DNA of 64,000 nucleotides from Octopus sinensis (GCF_006345805.1 NC_043017.1:27714001-27778000); one strand, 5' to 3'. Positions 1-13,624 are shown, numbered from the stretch's first letter. Numbers and translations: made by a program. The notes: generated by a model from the letters alone, not told the origin.

Positions 1-581
1 TCACCGTTTGCTATTTAACACTATCTTTTTTTATGAAAGACTCTATGAACACCAATGAGAGAGCTTCGTTATAAATCTTCAGAAACAAATTTGTTTGACA
101 TCGACCTGAATGTATTTAATAACCTGACTATATTTGATAACATAGAGCCTTTGATGAAAGGTCTCCTTGATCAAATCTGTATAATTGGTAATAAAACATA
201 GGATGAACACACGTCATATATTTAATAATTGCAACCTGTGACATACAAAAATCCAGAATGCTGAAAACAGCTAAGTCTTTGATCATCAGCTTCTTTAATG
301 AGAGCTTATCCGGGATAAAATATAATCATACGACACAATATTTACTTCATTCAGACACTGACTTATTGCAGAAAAATGGTTAGTTTATAGGTGACCAACT
401 GCTTTTAAAAATCATCAGCTCCACATCCTAACGTATAATGTAGTTAAAATATTACATTTTTCTTTTCATTCCTTTTTGCTGCTTGCTGCTGTTCTTCTTA
501 GAGTTTTTTTTTTGTTGTCTAGCTAGTAAAAGGAATTAATTTCCTCTCCAAATGTGGCTATCCAGTCTTTGTTTAGATGTG

Positions 582-728
582 TTTCTTTATTAGCCACACA
601 GGGCTGAATACAGACGGGACAGATTACAAAGTAGAGCCTTCCTTTTTTGGAAGAAAAAAAAAGTGGGTTAAGTTTTCGATCAAAAGGAATCATAACAAAA
701 AAAAAACCGATTAATAGGGATCGTGTAG
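582..728 (-). mobile_element. 5'-truncated 3'UTR fragment of a related Tx1 LINE
   Basis: Reverse complement of 582-623 (TCTGTCCCGTCTGTATTCAGCCCTGTGTGGCTAATAAAGAAA) matches the LINE tail 49333-49375 at 40/42 by hand; looser similarity (tacacgat..ccttttgatcg..ctta) continues to ~728. Confidence 0.82.
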
Positions 729-1254
729 GGCCTACTGTTTTTTTCTTAAAGCGAGAGGTATTGCTTATATTTCATTAGCTGATTTGGCTACCACTTTCTA
801 TTGCAACCTGTTCAATTTGACTGAAAAGCAACAGCGAGCAAATATATGATTGCTTCACATCCATAACTCCAAATACACAAATATATATTTATCTATTTAT
901 ATTGCTAGTATTTTTCAAGTGGAAATTAGTTACAATTCCATTCCAATCTATGCACTTGAAAATTGAAGATTTATTATGCCATTAATCATTCTTTGTACAT
1001 CTTAATAACAAATGTCAATAAATAATAATTACGATAATAAGGAAATCGTTTTCTTCAAAAATTAGTGAGACTAATAAAATTACAGGCTTTCATACTATAC
1101 ATCAATCCTTTTTCTGAAGTGTGTGTGAGACTGTGTATGTGTATCTCCAACTGCAAGTAAACGTGTGTGCATCTCGAACCTACAAGATTAAATAAGAGAG
1201 ACAGAGACAGGCAGAAACAAGGAAGATGCCACTTGTAATTGAACATTATACAAA

Positions 1255-1406
1255 TATTCTTTTCTTTTAATTGCTTTTAATTTTCTTTTATTTTTTCTAA
1301 ATTCAATTATTTAATTGTTACAGTGGAAAAAGTCTCAATGACTGAAACCGGTACTGAATTGTTTTTTTATAAAATTACGTTAGCATTTTCTATCTTGACT
1401 TTTTTT

Positions 1407-1409
<3 letters not shown>
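1255..1409 (+). mobile_element. Short Penelope-like element, HHR family 2
   Basis: Homologous to 28642-28792 (minus); T-rich 5' part, hammerhead-like motif 1317-1360, 3' end abuts (TA)n at 1410. Confidence 0.6.
1317..1360 (+). ncRNA. Minimal type-I hammerhead motif, family 2 (U4G in this copy)
   Basis: GTTACAG TGGAAAA AGTC-TCAAT-GACT GAAA CCG GTA CTGAATT. Confidence 0.55.
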
Positions 1410-1452
<43 letters not shown>

Positions 1453-1864
1453 GTGTGTGTCACTGTGTGGGTGTTTTGGTTTGGGTTTTTTTCTCATTAT
1501 CTCTGTATCTGTGTGCGTGTGTAATATCACCTACGTGATATCTGAACGGATATTACATAGTCATAACTGAGGCGGTTAAGTCGTTTCTTATCAATTACTA
1601 GTTATTTTATCAACCTCAAAAAAATAAGCGAGATAGCTGAAATCTGCAATATTTTAAATCAGAACGTAGTGAGCAAGAAAAAATACCATAAAGTATTTTG
1701 TACGGTGTGGTATTTCTTTTTCAAACATAATAGCGACGACTCTTTCACGTCACAGCTCATAACTAGAAAAGAGGTTTGCCCTCAGTTTCACAGAAATGTG
1801 CAACCTTTTCTCCATCTGTAGCGGATGTATCATGGAATGCATGTTTCATACATACTCTTTTACA

Positions 1865-2290
1865 CTCTTTTACTCTTTTACTTGTTTCAGTCATTTGACT
1901 GCGGCCATGCTGGAGCACAGCCTTTAATCGAACAACTCAGCCCCGGGACTTATTCTTTTGTAAGTCCAGTACTTATTCTATCGGTCTCTTTTGCCGAACC
2001 GCTAAGTGACGGGTACGTAAACACACCAGCTTCGGTTGTCAAGCGATGTTGGGGGGGATAAACACAGGCATACAAACACACACACACACACACACACATA
2101 ATATATATATATATATATATATATACGACGGGCTTCTTTTGGTTTCCGTCTACCAAATCTACTCACAAGGCTTTGGTCGGTCCGAGGCTATAGTAGAAGA
2201 CACTTGTCCAAGGTGTCACGCAATGGGACTGAACCCGAAACCATGTGGTTCGTAAGCAAGCTACTTACCACACAGCCACTCCTAACGCCT
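1865..2290 (-). mobile_element. tRNA-derived SINE family A, full length
   Basis: A box TGGCTGTGTGG, B box-like GGTTCAGTCCC, central CCTTGTGAGT.GATTTGGTAGACGGAAAC, internal (TA)(TG) tract, tail GCCGCAGTCAAATGACTGAAACAAG(TAAAAGAG)n. Confidence 0.9.
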
Positions 2291-3016
2291 ATATATGTAA
2301 TTTTTCCACGGAATACATGAGATGTGTTTAACCATGAAGTAACGTTCAAAGAGAAATGATGGATTACATTGTATGAAATATAAGAAGAGTAAATAGTCTA
2401 TGTAACCCACGTCCAAAAGGTTACATCAAGCCAACATCACTCACAAATATTCGATTGATCCTAGTGTTAGCTATAAGACATCGCATCGCATCTCGTCTCT
2501 TCGCATCTTGGCTAGTATTATGGCCACGCTATGAAAAAAACAAAACAAAATGTAACGCACTATAAAATGTAGCTTAAGATATACAAAGAGTTGAAACGGT
2601 GATTGCTGGAAAGTCTTTGATGATACATATCTATTCGATCAGAAATGATTTGCACCAAATCAACGTCTACAACAACAACGACAGGAATAAGCGTAGCAAC
2701 AACAACAACAACAACACAACAGCTGCCGATTACTGTTCTGCCTATTCTAAATGCAGGAGATATTTCTCATAAGATAAAACCAATTAACAGTTGATTAGCT
2801 GGGAAGTTTCAGGAAAGTTGTAAACAATCTCTTACTGAAGCACTCAAAGCCAAGCGAAACTTATAAAAATAATAAAACGACATCCAATCCAATTCAATTC
2901 GCTGCCGTATACTGTCATTGTATAGAAGCTCTACAAAATCTACATTGCAGGCAATAGTTCCGATAAGAACGAATCCAATATTCAGTATCCGTATTTATAC
3001 ACATACGTACATAGAT

Positions 3017-3225
3017 ATTCTTTCATTCTTTTAACTGTTTCAGTCATGTGGCTGTGGCCATGCTGGAGCACCGCCTTTAGTCGAGTGAATCGACTCCACG
3101 GCGTATTCTTTGTAAGCCTAGTACTTATTCTATCGGGCTCTTTTGCCGAACCGCTAAGTTACGGGGACGTAAATACACCAGCATCTGTTATCAAGCGATG
3201 TTGGAGGGGAGTCACTGACACACAA

Positions 3226-3257
<32 letters not shown>

Positions 3258-3270
3258 GTGTGTGTGTATA
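3017..3270 (-). mobile_element. SINE family A, 3' half
   Basis: Tail and body match 1865-2100; stops at the internal microsatellite. Confidence 0.85.
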
Positions 3271-3290
3271 TAAGTATATGTTTATATATA

Positions 3291-3474
3291 GGGGGAATCC
3301 ACAAAAAAAAACATGACGAAGACAGGTGGTGTAGACAACAAACATATGTATTAGTGTAACGCTCGGGAAGTGAAAATGTCTTCAACGTTTCGAGCCTATG
3401 CTCTTCCACAGAAAGGAACACAGAACGAAACAATGAGAGGAAATAAAGAATGTAATGGCTAGCGATCTATCATG
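3291..3474 (-). mobile_element. Short Penelope-like element, HHR family 1
   Basis: Reverse-complement homolog of 39961-40166; motif CTTT CTGTGGA A GAGC-ATAG-GCTC GAAAC GTT GAAG at 3378-3416; ends at (TA)n. Confidence 0.6.
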
Positions 3475-4555
3475 GTGCAGATATATATCTATATACGCAT
3501 ATACATATGCACGTATGCATATGTACCGATGTGTCAAATATGTTGGTGGTTGTGTGAGCTTGAACTTATAGTATCAGTATACAACTTTTCGTATGCTTCA
3601 AACAGCGTAACATAGTTATTCTTTGAGGTATACTATTTACAAAAGATCAAACACATAGGCGATCGAGAAAAACCTTTACATGAGTAGATATAAGTGAGTG
3701 TCAACCTTGCAGGCGGTACCGTACTACTTTTGGCTGGAACCTGTAGAAGTCTATGAAATAGCACGAAATATACATTAGAGAATACAAGCCTAACAGAGAT
3801 TTACCAACAGTGAAAATGTTATTATTAATCGTCGGTTACACTGGTTAATATAGATTAGTGAGTTTGGCACAATGCCGTCCATTTAGCAAGACGGAATAAA
3901 CGAGTTAATCGATGCTACTTATTTGTCTACGATGTCTTTTATAGAGCCGGGATGGCTAGAAGAGAAATTCGAAGCAACCAGTCGTAAATAATTACAGCGT
4001 AGCATTTAAATATTCTCTTAACCGAGTCTGCCAATCTGCTGGTTGCACATTGGTTAATATAAAGAGCAAGCAATTCTGTCTATAACGTTATAAGTAATAT
4101 TATTTCTGAAAAATCTGCTGCTATGAAATGTTTTCGTAGTAGGAATGTAACTAACTTGATAGGTTTATGTACGAATTTATTTCATAAAGTGCTGCAAAGC
4201 AAAGATGACTTTATAGTCAAACTGATAGTATTCAGCAGCTTTTAGTATCTATAAGTATCACATAAATATAGTCTTCCCCACAGAGAAATGAAATGCTGTA
4301 TCATGTTTTGCGTTATGGTACATGCATGTGTCATTCCAAAACATGAATATGAGTGTGAGGAAGAGATTTATTACATGACGTGCAAACAAATGGTGTTTCC
4401 CGTGGCGAATATAATTTTAATAGTTCATAAATATACGTACAGACATACATATATATACCTACATACATGTATGTGTGTTGGTGAAAGTGTATGTGTATAT
4501 ATATAATATATATGTATACTATGTGTATATATATATACATATATGAACATATATA

Positions 4556-4755
4556 TTTCTTTACTACCCACAAGGGGCTAAACATAGAGGGGACAAACAA
4601 GGACTGACAAATGGATTAAGTCTATTACATCGACCCCAGTGCGTAACTGGTACTTAATTTATCGACCCCGAAAGGATGAAAGGCAAAGTCGACCTCGGCG
4701 GAATTTGAACTCAGAACGTAACGGCAGACGAAATACCTATTTCTTTATTACCCAC
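4556..4755 (-). mobile_element. SINE family C (Tx1-type tail), 5'-truncated dimer with 15-bp TSD
   Basis: One full internal unit plus the preceding unit's tail end (TGTGGGTAATAAAGAAATA|GGTATTTCG); TSD ATATGAACATATATA at 4541-4555 and 4756-4770. Confidence 0.9.
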
Positions 4756-4912
4756 ATATGAACATATATATATATGTATTATGAGTATATATGTTATATA
4801 TAATATGATATATAAATATATATATATAATATATATTTTTATATAATATATATATATATATGCATGTACCTCTCTCTATCTATATATATATCATATATAT
4901 ATATATTTGTAC

Positions 4913-4982
<70 letters not shown>

Positions 4983-5027
4983 ATATATGCATGTACCCCC
5001 TCTCTCTCCTATCTATCTATCTATATC

Positions 5028-5070
<43 letters not shown>

Positions 5071-5957
5071 AATAGGCACGAACTTGTGCACGTGTTTTAT
5101 TTTTCTTCTCTTGCCAAGCATTCAAGGTATAGAATGGAGTAAATAGCAAATTTCTCTCTGTAAAAGAGCCGCAGTATAAACATAAATGTAATAACTTTAT
5201 GCGTGCATAACTGTGGCATCCAATGTTGTGCCAAAAGGCATTCACAGAAATGCAGCGATACGATGCCGGTATTGAGATAACTGTCTGCAAGAGGCATGCA
5301 AGGCACATCGTCTTTTGCACAAGCAATTATGTGAAGGTGCCGCAGTAGACGAGTAAAGTTTTATAAAAAGCCGCATAGATGAGATTGGATATAAGAGAAC
5401 AACACAACGAAAATAAGCTGCGAGTAGAACATCAATGAACTCTGGAACTCAGTTTTTATATACACACACACACAATTGTGATCATACACAAGCACTCACA
5501 CAGGCATATGAGCATGTCTTTATGTGCGTATGTATATACGCACATACACATACGAAAGTATATGTCTATGTGTGCATGTGTGTATTTTCATACAAAAGAG
5601 GTTTTGATTAGAGGAAATACATTGTGTCTGAAATCAACGTTAAACGCGCTTACCAAACGCAAGTAACGCAGTTTCTCTGGCGTTATGTCAGATTGTACAT
5701 CCATATATATGAAAGCAATACATACATACATCTACAAATACACACACACACATATATATACATATATATATGTATGTATATATATATATATATATACACA
5801 CACATATTATATGTATATATATATACAAATATGATATAATATATATATATATATATATACATACAAATATATATATATACATACACACACATATATATAT
5901 ATACATACACACATATATATACATATATACATATACATACATATATATATATATATA

Positions 5958-5988
<31 letters not shown>

Positions 5989-6779
5989 ATATATAGATAC
6001 ATATATATATATGCATACATCCTATATAATATTACACACACCATATACATATATATTTTTAATTATTTATATATTACAAAAGTGACGTCATAATCGGTAT
6101 TTATACTCTAAATGCAACGTTTAAAGTTTAGTAAACCATTTATGAATACAATGAATGGGAATTGAACAGGACGCACAAAGCGATGGCAATACATTTTAGT
6201 AATATGTTTAAAATTGCAAAAGCATGTTCTGGAAACGAAAAAAAATTTTAATGGCGCTTCAGACAGATGAATAAAGGTACGACTAAATACATTTATCTAT
6301 ATTTTAATATTACGAACGTAACGTTACGCAAACACATACTCAAGCAGACACAGAAAATTAAATACATATACACAGACAAACACACGTACACTCACTCAAT
6401 CGAGAACACTTATTAATGTATATTGATATGCATGCACACAAACTTGTAGAAATAGAGACATATGGATAGAGTATGGATAGAAATAGAGACATATGGATTC
6501 GCATTCACATATACAAAGAGAAAGAGGGAGAAGAAATGGAGGGAGGGAGAAGCAAATTTAAATGTACATTTGTGAATAAATATATATATGTGTGTGTGGT
6601 TTTACATGTGTTTGTCGGTGTGTGTTATAAGCATACCCGTACAACAGAAATTGATTAATGTGAATACAGAGCTGCGTGTGCCTGCGTATGCATAGGGTAC
6701 ATGTAGAGAAATTTCTATACACACATTAGTATCAAGTTACGGTCATTCCTACCAATACCCATTTAGTCCTATTCATAAA

Positions 6780-7550
6780 CATATATATATATAAATATAT
6801 ATATGTATAAATGTGTGTATATATATGTGTATATATTATATATTATAATATATATTGATATATGTGTGTATATATGTATATATATATATATGATATATGT
6901 GGGTGTATATAGTGTATATATGTAATATTATATGATATATGTATGCATATGTGTGTATATATGTATATATATGTGATATATGTTGCATATATATGTATAT
7001 ATATATAATATGTGATATATGTTGCATATATATGTATATATATATATGTGATATATGTATGCATATATATGTATATATATGTGTGTGATATATGTATGCA
7101 TATATATGTATATATATATATGTGATATATGTATGCATATATATGTAATATATATATATATGTGATATATGTATGCATATATATGTATATATATATATAT
7201 GTGATATATGTATGCATATATATGTATATATATATATATGTGATATATGTATGCATATATGTATATATATATATATGTGATATATGTATTCATATATATG
7301 TATATATATGTGTGTGATATATGTATGCATATATATGTATATATGTGTGTGATATATGTATGCATATATATGTATATATATGTGTGTGATATATATATGT
7401 ATATATATGTATGCATATATATGTATATATATGTATGCATATATGTATATATATGTGTGTATATATATGTAAATATATATGTATATATACATATATATAT
7501 ATGTGTGTGTGTATGTATGTGCATGCATGCATACACACACAAACACACAT
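6780..7550. repeat. TA-derived minisatellite (~30-40-bp unit GTGATATATGTATGCATATATATGTATATAT..)
   Basis: Recurrent gtgatatatgt(a/t)tgcatatatatgt motif. Confidence 0.9.
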
Positions 7551-7865
7551 ATATTCGATATGGATAACAGAAATATTTTCCAATTTACCATTAACTGAAA
7601 TATATCGAAAAAGATTTTGAGATTGAAAGACCGAAGTAATGAAAGATTGTAAATACGGAAATAGGCAGAAAAACAAAGAAGACAAGGAAGACGAAAACAA
7701 TAAAACACGTATATATATATATATGTAATTTTGCATAAATTACAAAAGAAAATTTGGAAGCAAATGGAATCTCAGAATAAGAACAAAACCCCATGAAATA
7801 AAAGAACAGTTGGGTCCTATTGAATAACGATGCAGTAAGCAACAATGATATATTTCAATTGTTCT

Positions 7866-8570
7866 GTGTATGTATGTATGTATGTATGTATGTATATGTA
7901 TAAATGTATATGTATGTATGTATATATGTATGTATATATATATATGTATGTATGTATGTTTGTGTGTATGTATGTTTGTGTGTATGTATGCATGTATGTA
8001 TGTATGTATATGTATAAATGTGTATGTATGTATGTATGTATGTATATGTGTAAATGTATATGTATGTATGTATATATGTATGTATGTATATATATATGTA
8101 TGTATGTATGTTTGTGTGTATGTATATATATATGTATGTATGTATGTTTGTGTGTATGTATATATATATGTATGTATGTATGTTTGTATGTATGTATGTA
8201 TGTATATGTATAAATGTATATGTATGTATGCATGTATGTATGTATGTATGTGTGTGTGTATATGTATGTATATATGTATGTATGTATATATGTATGTATG
8301 TATATATGTATGTATATATGTATGTATGTATATATGTATGTATATATGTATGTATGTATATATGTATGTATGTGTATATATGTATGTATGTGTATATGTA
8401 TGTATGTGTATATATGTATATGTATGTATGTATGTATATTGTATGTATATATGTATATGTATGTATATATGTATACGTATGTATATATGTATATATGTAT
8501 GCAAAAGGAAATATATATATATGTGTATATGCTAGCATATGTAGATGTGTGTGTGTGTGTGTGTGTGTAT
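7866..8570. repeat. (TATG)n/(TA)n/(TG)n compound microsatellite
   Basis: Direct reading. Confidence 0.95.
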
Positions 8571-8944
8571 AGCTACGGATGTGTGAGTGAAGTGCTTGTG
8601 CGTTTTTCAATTTCTATTTCCCCTAGATTTTTCGAGAATTATTAATCTATACGTTCCGAATCGCTTGCAGTGAACATCGCGCTGTTACGCTATTGAACTG
8701 CGGCTAATATGCGTACATATATAGTATGAATGCATGTAAGTAATATGCAAAATTTTATGGAACCATGTAAACTTGAATTGGACTATATATGTACTATACT
8801 GAATTGTGTGTGTGTGGTCTTGTGTGCGTGTGTGTAATCCATCAAGCATGTATGGAAAGCAGACATTGCAAAAGGACATACAATCATACGCTATGCAAGC
8901 ACTTACACACGAACATACAGTAACCGAAGAGATGAGTGTCTGAG

Positions 8945-9125
8945 TGGTAGGCTTGTCTGTATGGTAAGAAGCTTGTTTCTCAAGCATATAGATCCTGGTT
9001 CAATCCCACATTGTGCCATCTTCGTCTAGTGCATTCTGCTATAACCTCAGGTCGCTCAAAGCTTTGTGAGTGGATTTGTCGGACCGAAACTGAGAGAATT
9101 CTGCCGTTTATATATTTTTTGATTA

Positions 9126-9165
<40 letters not shown>

Positions 9166-9357
9166 TACTTTTACACCCCCTTGATAGGTGCTGTTGGTGT
9201 ACTGTCGTCCCCGTAAATTAGTGGTTGGGGAAAACGCATCAATAGTGTAAGTACTAGGCTTAAAATATAAGTTCTGGTGTCGATTTGTTCTACTAAAACC
9301 CTTCAAGGCAATGCTCTAGCATGGCCGCAGACAAACGGCGGAAACGCGTAAAAGAAT
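8945..9357 (+). mobile_element. SINE family A, diverged full-length copy
   Basis: ggtaagaagcttg..gtgagtggatttg..(TG)n..ctagcatggccgcag..gtaaaaga. Confidence 0.75.
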
Positions 9358-9737
9358 ACACATTTAGAGAGGATATACGTGTGTGTGTATTGTGTATATA
9401 TGTATGTCTCTACTATTTTATAATTATTATATATCTTCCAGTGCGGAAAGAGCTGGTCTCCAACAAAGATACAAGGCTCCATTTTGGGTCTGTATTTAAC
9501 AGACACATTCACATTTGTAACTTGAGAAAATGTTGCATATCTTCAGTGTTTCACTCACAGATTGGATTGTAATGTACGAATCAACCGGTCAATTTCCCTT
9601 TCTCAAAATCACAGGTTCTCTTCTAAGCATGTACTAACAAAACCTAATGCTCCAATTATTATTGGTATGAATATGAATCCATTGTCTGGATATAGATACT
9701 AGAGGTTTCGAAGCATTTGTCCATTTGTTTTGATATT

Positions 9738-9965
9738 TACCAGGAGTGTATGAAAAGTCTTGAGCCTCAAAAACAAAAAAGAAAGCACAAAACAAAACAT
9801 GGTGCACGACTTCGGATGACGATACGAGACTTCAAGGCTCCAAGGCACTTCTAATATATCTGCAGGGCATCTAAACTCTATGATTTCGTCCTCTGTCCCA
9901 AACAACAATATCGGGCTTGTTATGCTTACATATGACAGAAGTTTTGATGGAAATATTCCACCAGT
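9738..9965 (+). mobile_element. Mariner-like terminal remnant
   Basis: TAC..G.GTGTATGAAAA.TCTTGAGCCTC start shared with the copy at 20723; resembles mariner TACGAGGG termini; no transposase found. Confidence 0.45.
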
Positions 9966-10101
9966 ATTCCTTGAATTTTGTATTTAAGTATGTATATATA
10001 TATAGAGAATGTTTGAAGTAATGTACAGCTATTGTATATTAAAGAATTATCCAATATATATATATATATATTAGAAAGTTTGGAGATGATGTACAGGTAT
10101 T

Positions 10102-10441
10102 GGTGGAAGCACTCCGTCGGTTACGACGACGAGGGTTCCGGTTGATCCGAATCAACGGAACAGCCTGCTCGTGAAATTAACGTGTAAGTGGCTGAGCACT
10201 CCACAGACACGTGTACCCTTAACGTAGTTCTCGGGGATATTCAGCGTGACACAGAGAGTGACAAGGCCGGCCCTTTTGAAATGAATGAGTACAGCAGGGA
10301 TTACCACCATCCCCTGCCGGAGCCTCGTGGAGCTTTAGGTGTTTTCGCTCAATAAACACTCACTACTCCCGGTCTGGGAATCGAAACCACGATCCTATGA
10401 CCGCGAGTCCGCTGCCCTAACCACTGGGCCATTGTGCCTCC
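10102..10441 (-). mobile_element. tRNA-derived SINE family B with 9-bp TSD
   Basis: Head GGAGGCACAATGGCCCAGTGGTTAGGGC..GGTTTCGATTCCC; tail ..GGAACCCTCGTCGTCGTAACCGACGGAGTGC; TSD ACAGGTATT at 10093-10101 and 10442-10450; internal deletion relative to the 55506 copy. Confidence 0.9.
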
Positions 10442-11699
10442 ACAGGTATTATATATTAGAAGAAATAAAAGTACTCAGAAATCTGGATAGTTTTATATTT
10501 ACAGATATTTAATATTTCACATATTTTTATAAATCATATATTAGCGCTTGCGTCCACACTATAGTGAACGCAGGCGTTAATATATGATTGGAACTTGTAA
10601 TATGTCTACTGGCGTGGGATGACTTTATACTTTGTAACACTAATCTATAATGAATCAAATTTACTAATGTATAAGGACTCGAGTTTATTATTTAGTTATC
10701 GTTTGCAGCAATAAGCTCTTGCCTTACTGAAGTACCGCCATTATTGTTAAAGCGTATTTAGAATCTTTTGCCGGTCCTGTCTTCGGAATCGATTGTGTGA
10801 AGTAATGGACGGAATACAGTTGCACTTCTTGGCGTTTCTTGCCGTTTCACTGCATTTGCTTTGCGTCTTCAACCTTCGTCTACTAATGCCACGGGTATGA
10901 TTCGAGTTGCGCTGTTAAATATTGGGCTTTCTTGCGATTAAAACTGAGAGCAGTAATTCAAGTGACTTAGCTGGATTTTTTTCTCATAGAAGCAACATGG
11001 TTTCGCTTTACCGTGTTCTGAAGTTTCGCATTACGTAACTAACCAGACGCCACATTTATTTCCTTGTCACGCAGTAACTCACTCTCAATCATGGGCTGCA
11101 ATACGCTATATACCCTGATTACAAGCCGTCTCTTGATATATATCTCTTTGTCTGTAACTGATTGGCATTCCACTGTATTTTCTTCATCAATCCCACTTTT
11201 AATATTGTGTTCAAATATTTCTGTAATTAGAGGTATTTCCAGTTTTCTTGACAGTCTCTGGTACATTTGTGCCGGCACGTTTGCTTATAGTGGCCGACTG
11301 TATGACTAAACACATGTCTAAGGAAGCTACGCGAACAGAAGAGGGTCCAAAATATTTAACTAAGTTCCTCAGTTAACTACAGGCAGTCTCAGTATGGATG
11401 TCTATCTTCATAGTGAGAGGTCGATTATCTTTCACTGTATTGACTCCTATCTCTTGAAAAGTCATGCGGACGTTTCTCTTCTGCACAAAGGATAACAAGG
11501 TCACGCAGTTTGAGATGTATCATGCCTTGATCGAGATATATCACATCCAGATTTGTAAACACACACACACACACGCACATACACACGCACATGTACACAC
11601 ACACACACACACACACACACACCAGTCACTTCCTGCGAAGACGTTTCCAACAAGCCCCCCTACCCCGACCAAATTTCAGACGTTGTGACTCTTGTCACA

Positions 11700-11862
11700 A
11701 TAATATTAACGATGATCATGATGATAACAGCAACAAGAGCAACAATATTGATGATGATGATGACAATATTAATAATAATAATGACAATATTAATAATAAT
11801 AATGACAATATTAATAATAATAATAATGATAAACATAATGATGATAATAATAATGACAATAT

Positions 11863-11894
<32 letters not shown>

Positions 11895-12170
11895 GTAATG
11901 ATGATGATAATAATAATGACAATATTAATAATAATAATAAAATAATAATAATAATGACAATATTAATAATAATAATAAAATAATAATAATAATGACAATA
12001 TTAATAATAATAATAAAATAATAATAATAATGACAATATTAATAATAATAATAAAATAATAATAATAATAATAATATAATCCTTTCTATTAGACAATAAA
12101 AATAGTAGTAAATATATTATTGCTGTTACTGTTGTTGTTGCTATTATTATTATTATTATTATTATGTTTA
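11700..12170. repeat. (AAT/GAT)n triplet array with higher-order GACAATATT-anchored units
   Basis: gacaatatt recurs at 21- and 39-bp spacing. Confidence 0.93.
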
Positions 12171-12431
12171 TATATACGATATTCAATACACGACTCATTT
12201 TATATTACTTAGATTTGAGAATACTTGACATTTATAGAAATACTCGGCACCGTGTAGTGAATGGATGTAAATGTTTGCGTGATCCACATGGCAAGAATTG
12301 AAAACGAAATCGATCACGGAACACGTTTGAACTCGAAACTTAATTAGTTGAAGTTAAATAATCTATTACATCACAGGAATGCTTCCAGCAAAATAATCCG
12401 TTCGGTATTTGGTTAAATATCAACGATAACT

Positions 12432-12895
12432 CCTCCTCTTCTACTACTATTTCTTCTTCTTCTTTCTCTTCTTTTTCTTCTTTTTCTTCCTCTTTTTCCG
12501 CGTCCTCTTTTTCCTCGTCTTCTTTTTCCTCTCCTCATCTTCCTCTTCTTCTTTTTCCTCTCCTCATCTTCCTCTTATTCTTTTTCCTCTTCTTCTTCCC
12601 CCTCTTTTTCCTCTTCTTTTTCCTCTTCTTTTTCCTCTTCTTTTTCCTCTTCTTTTTCCTCTTCTTTTTCTTTTCCTTTTTTTCCTCTTTTTCTCTTTTT
12701 CCTTTCTTTTTCTCTTCTTTTTCTCTTCTTTTTCTTTTTCTTCTTTTTCTTTTCCATTTTCTTTTTCTTTTCCATTTTCTTTTTCTTTTTCTTTTTCTTC
12801 TTTTTCTTCTTTTTCCTCTGCTTCCTCTTCTTATTTTTCCTCTTCTTCTCCTTGTTCTTGTTAGAATTATTATTATTATTATTATTATTATTATA
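12432..12895. repeat. Polypyrimidine (TTC/TTTTTC)n tract followed by (ATT)n
   Basis: About 420 bp almost purine-free on the plus strand. Confidence 0.95.
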
Positions 12896-12896
12896 A

Positions 12897-13109
12897 AGGC
12901 AGCGCACTGGTAGAATAGTTAGCACACCGGGAGAAACGTCTAGTAGTATATCATCTGCCGCTACGTTCTGAGTTCAAATTCCGCCGAGGTAGACTTTGCC
13001 TCTCATCCTTTCGGGTTCGATAAATTAAGTACCAGTGAAACACTTGGGTCGATAGAAGGGACTTTTCCGCTTCCTTAAAAATGGCTGCCCTTGTGGTGAT
13101 ATTTGAAAC
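12897..13109 (+). mobile_element. SINE family C, alternative tail (..GGCTGCCCTTGTGGTGATATTTGAAAC)
   Basis: AGGCAGCGCACTGGTAGAA head, GAGTTCAAATTCC B box, Nin/Deu-like GCCT.TCATCCTTTCGGG.TCGATAAATTAAGTACCAG; preceded by (ATT)n. Confidence 0.85.
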
Positions 13110-13624
13110 TGTTTTTATTATTGATTGATTGAGAGATCAGTGCATGCAATCAAAGTGACACTGGGGTACAATTATACGAAGCCCAGTCTACCCATCATGA
13201 ATACACGTCTGATAAGCGTACAAGAATCACATGCATCCATCAAACCCACATGTGCGTGAGATAGTGATCTTATATCAAGATAAACACCACGTGACCTTGC
13301 TAAATAAAATATGTCTTTACATCACGATTATATATATTTGGTTGCAACATGCTTGAAATGCATTTCCCACTTCTCCGGATGACGAGGAGTTTGTTTAATC
13401 ATGTGGATTTATAAGAGACATTCTTGAGATTGCATCGATGTGTGAATACTGCAACGTATGCAACAGATGACATAAGGGAGTACCACTTTCACGCTTATGT
13501 TCTGTCCATCGCATTATTGATCTGAATTTACATTACTAAGTAGCCCCAGAGACTGTGCAGAAATCCCTGTAAATACGCGACAGTAGGTGATATCACTTTG
13601 ATAGTATGCAATGGTCTCTCACTC

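Noticed and set aside
5683-8645. Many long Y/I/H/T/C/V/M-rich ORFs (also 15612-16699, 18001-18539, 22055-22607, 49269-50438, 51359-52003, 60577-62563)
   Set aside because: Translations of TA/TG/TATG/TATC microsatellites, which lack stop codons; no coding signal.
11591-12925. Asn/Asp-rich and Lys/Glu-rich ORFs
   Set aside because: Triplet and polypurine repeats only.
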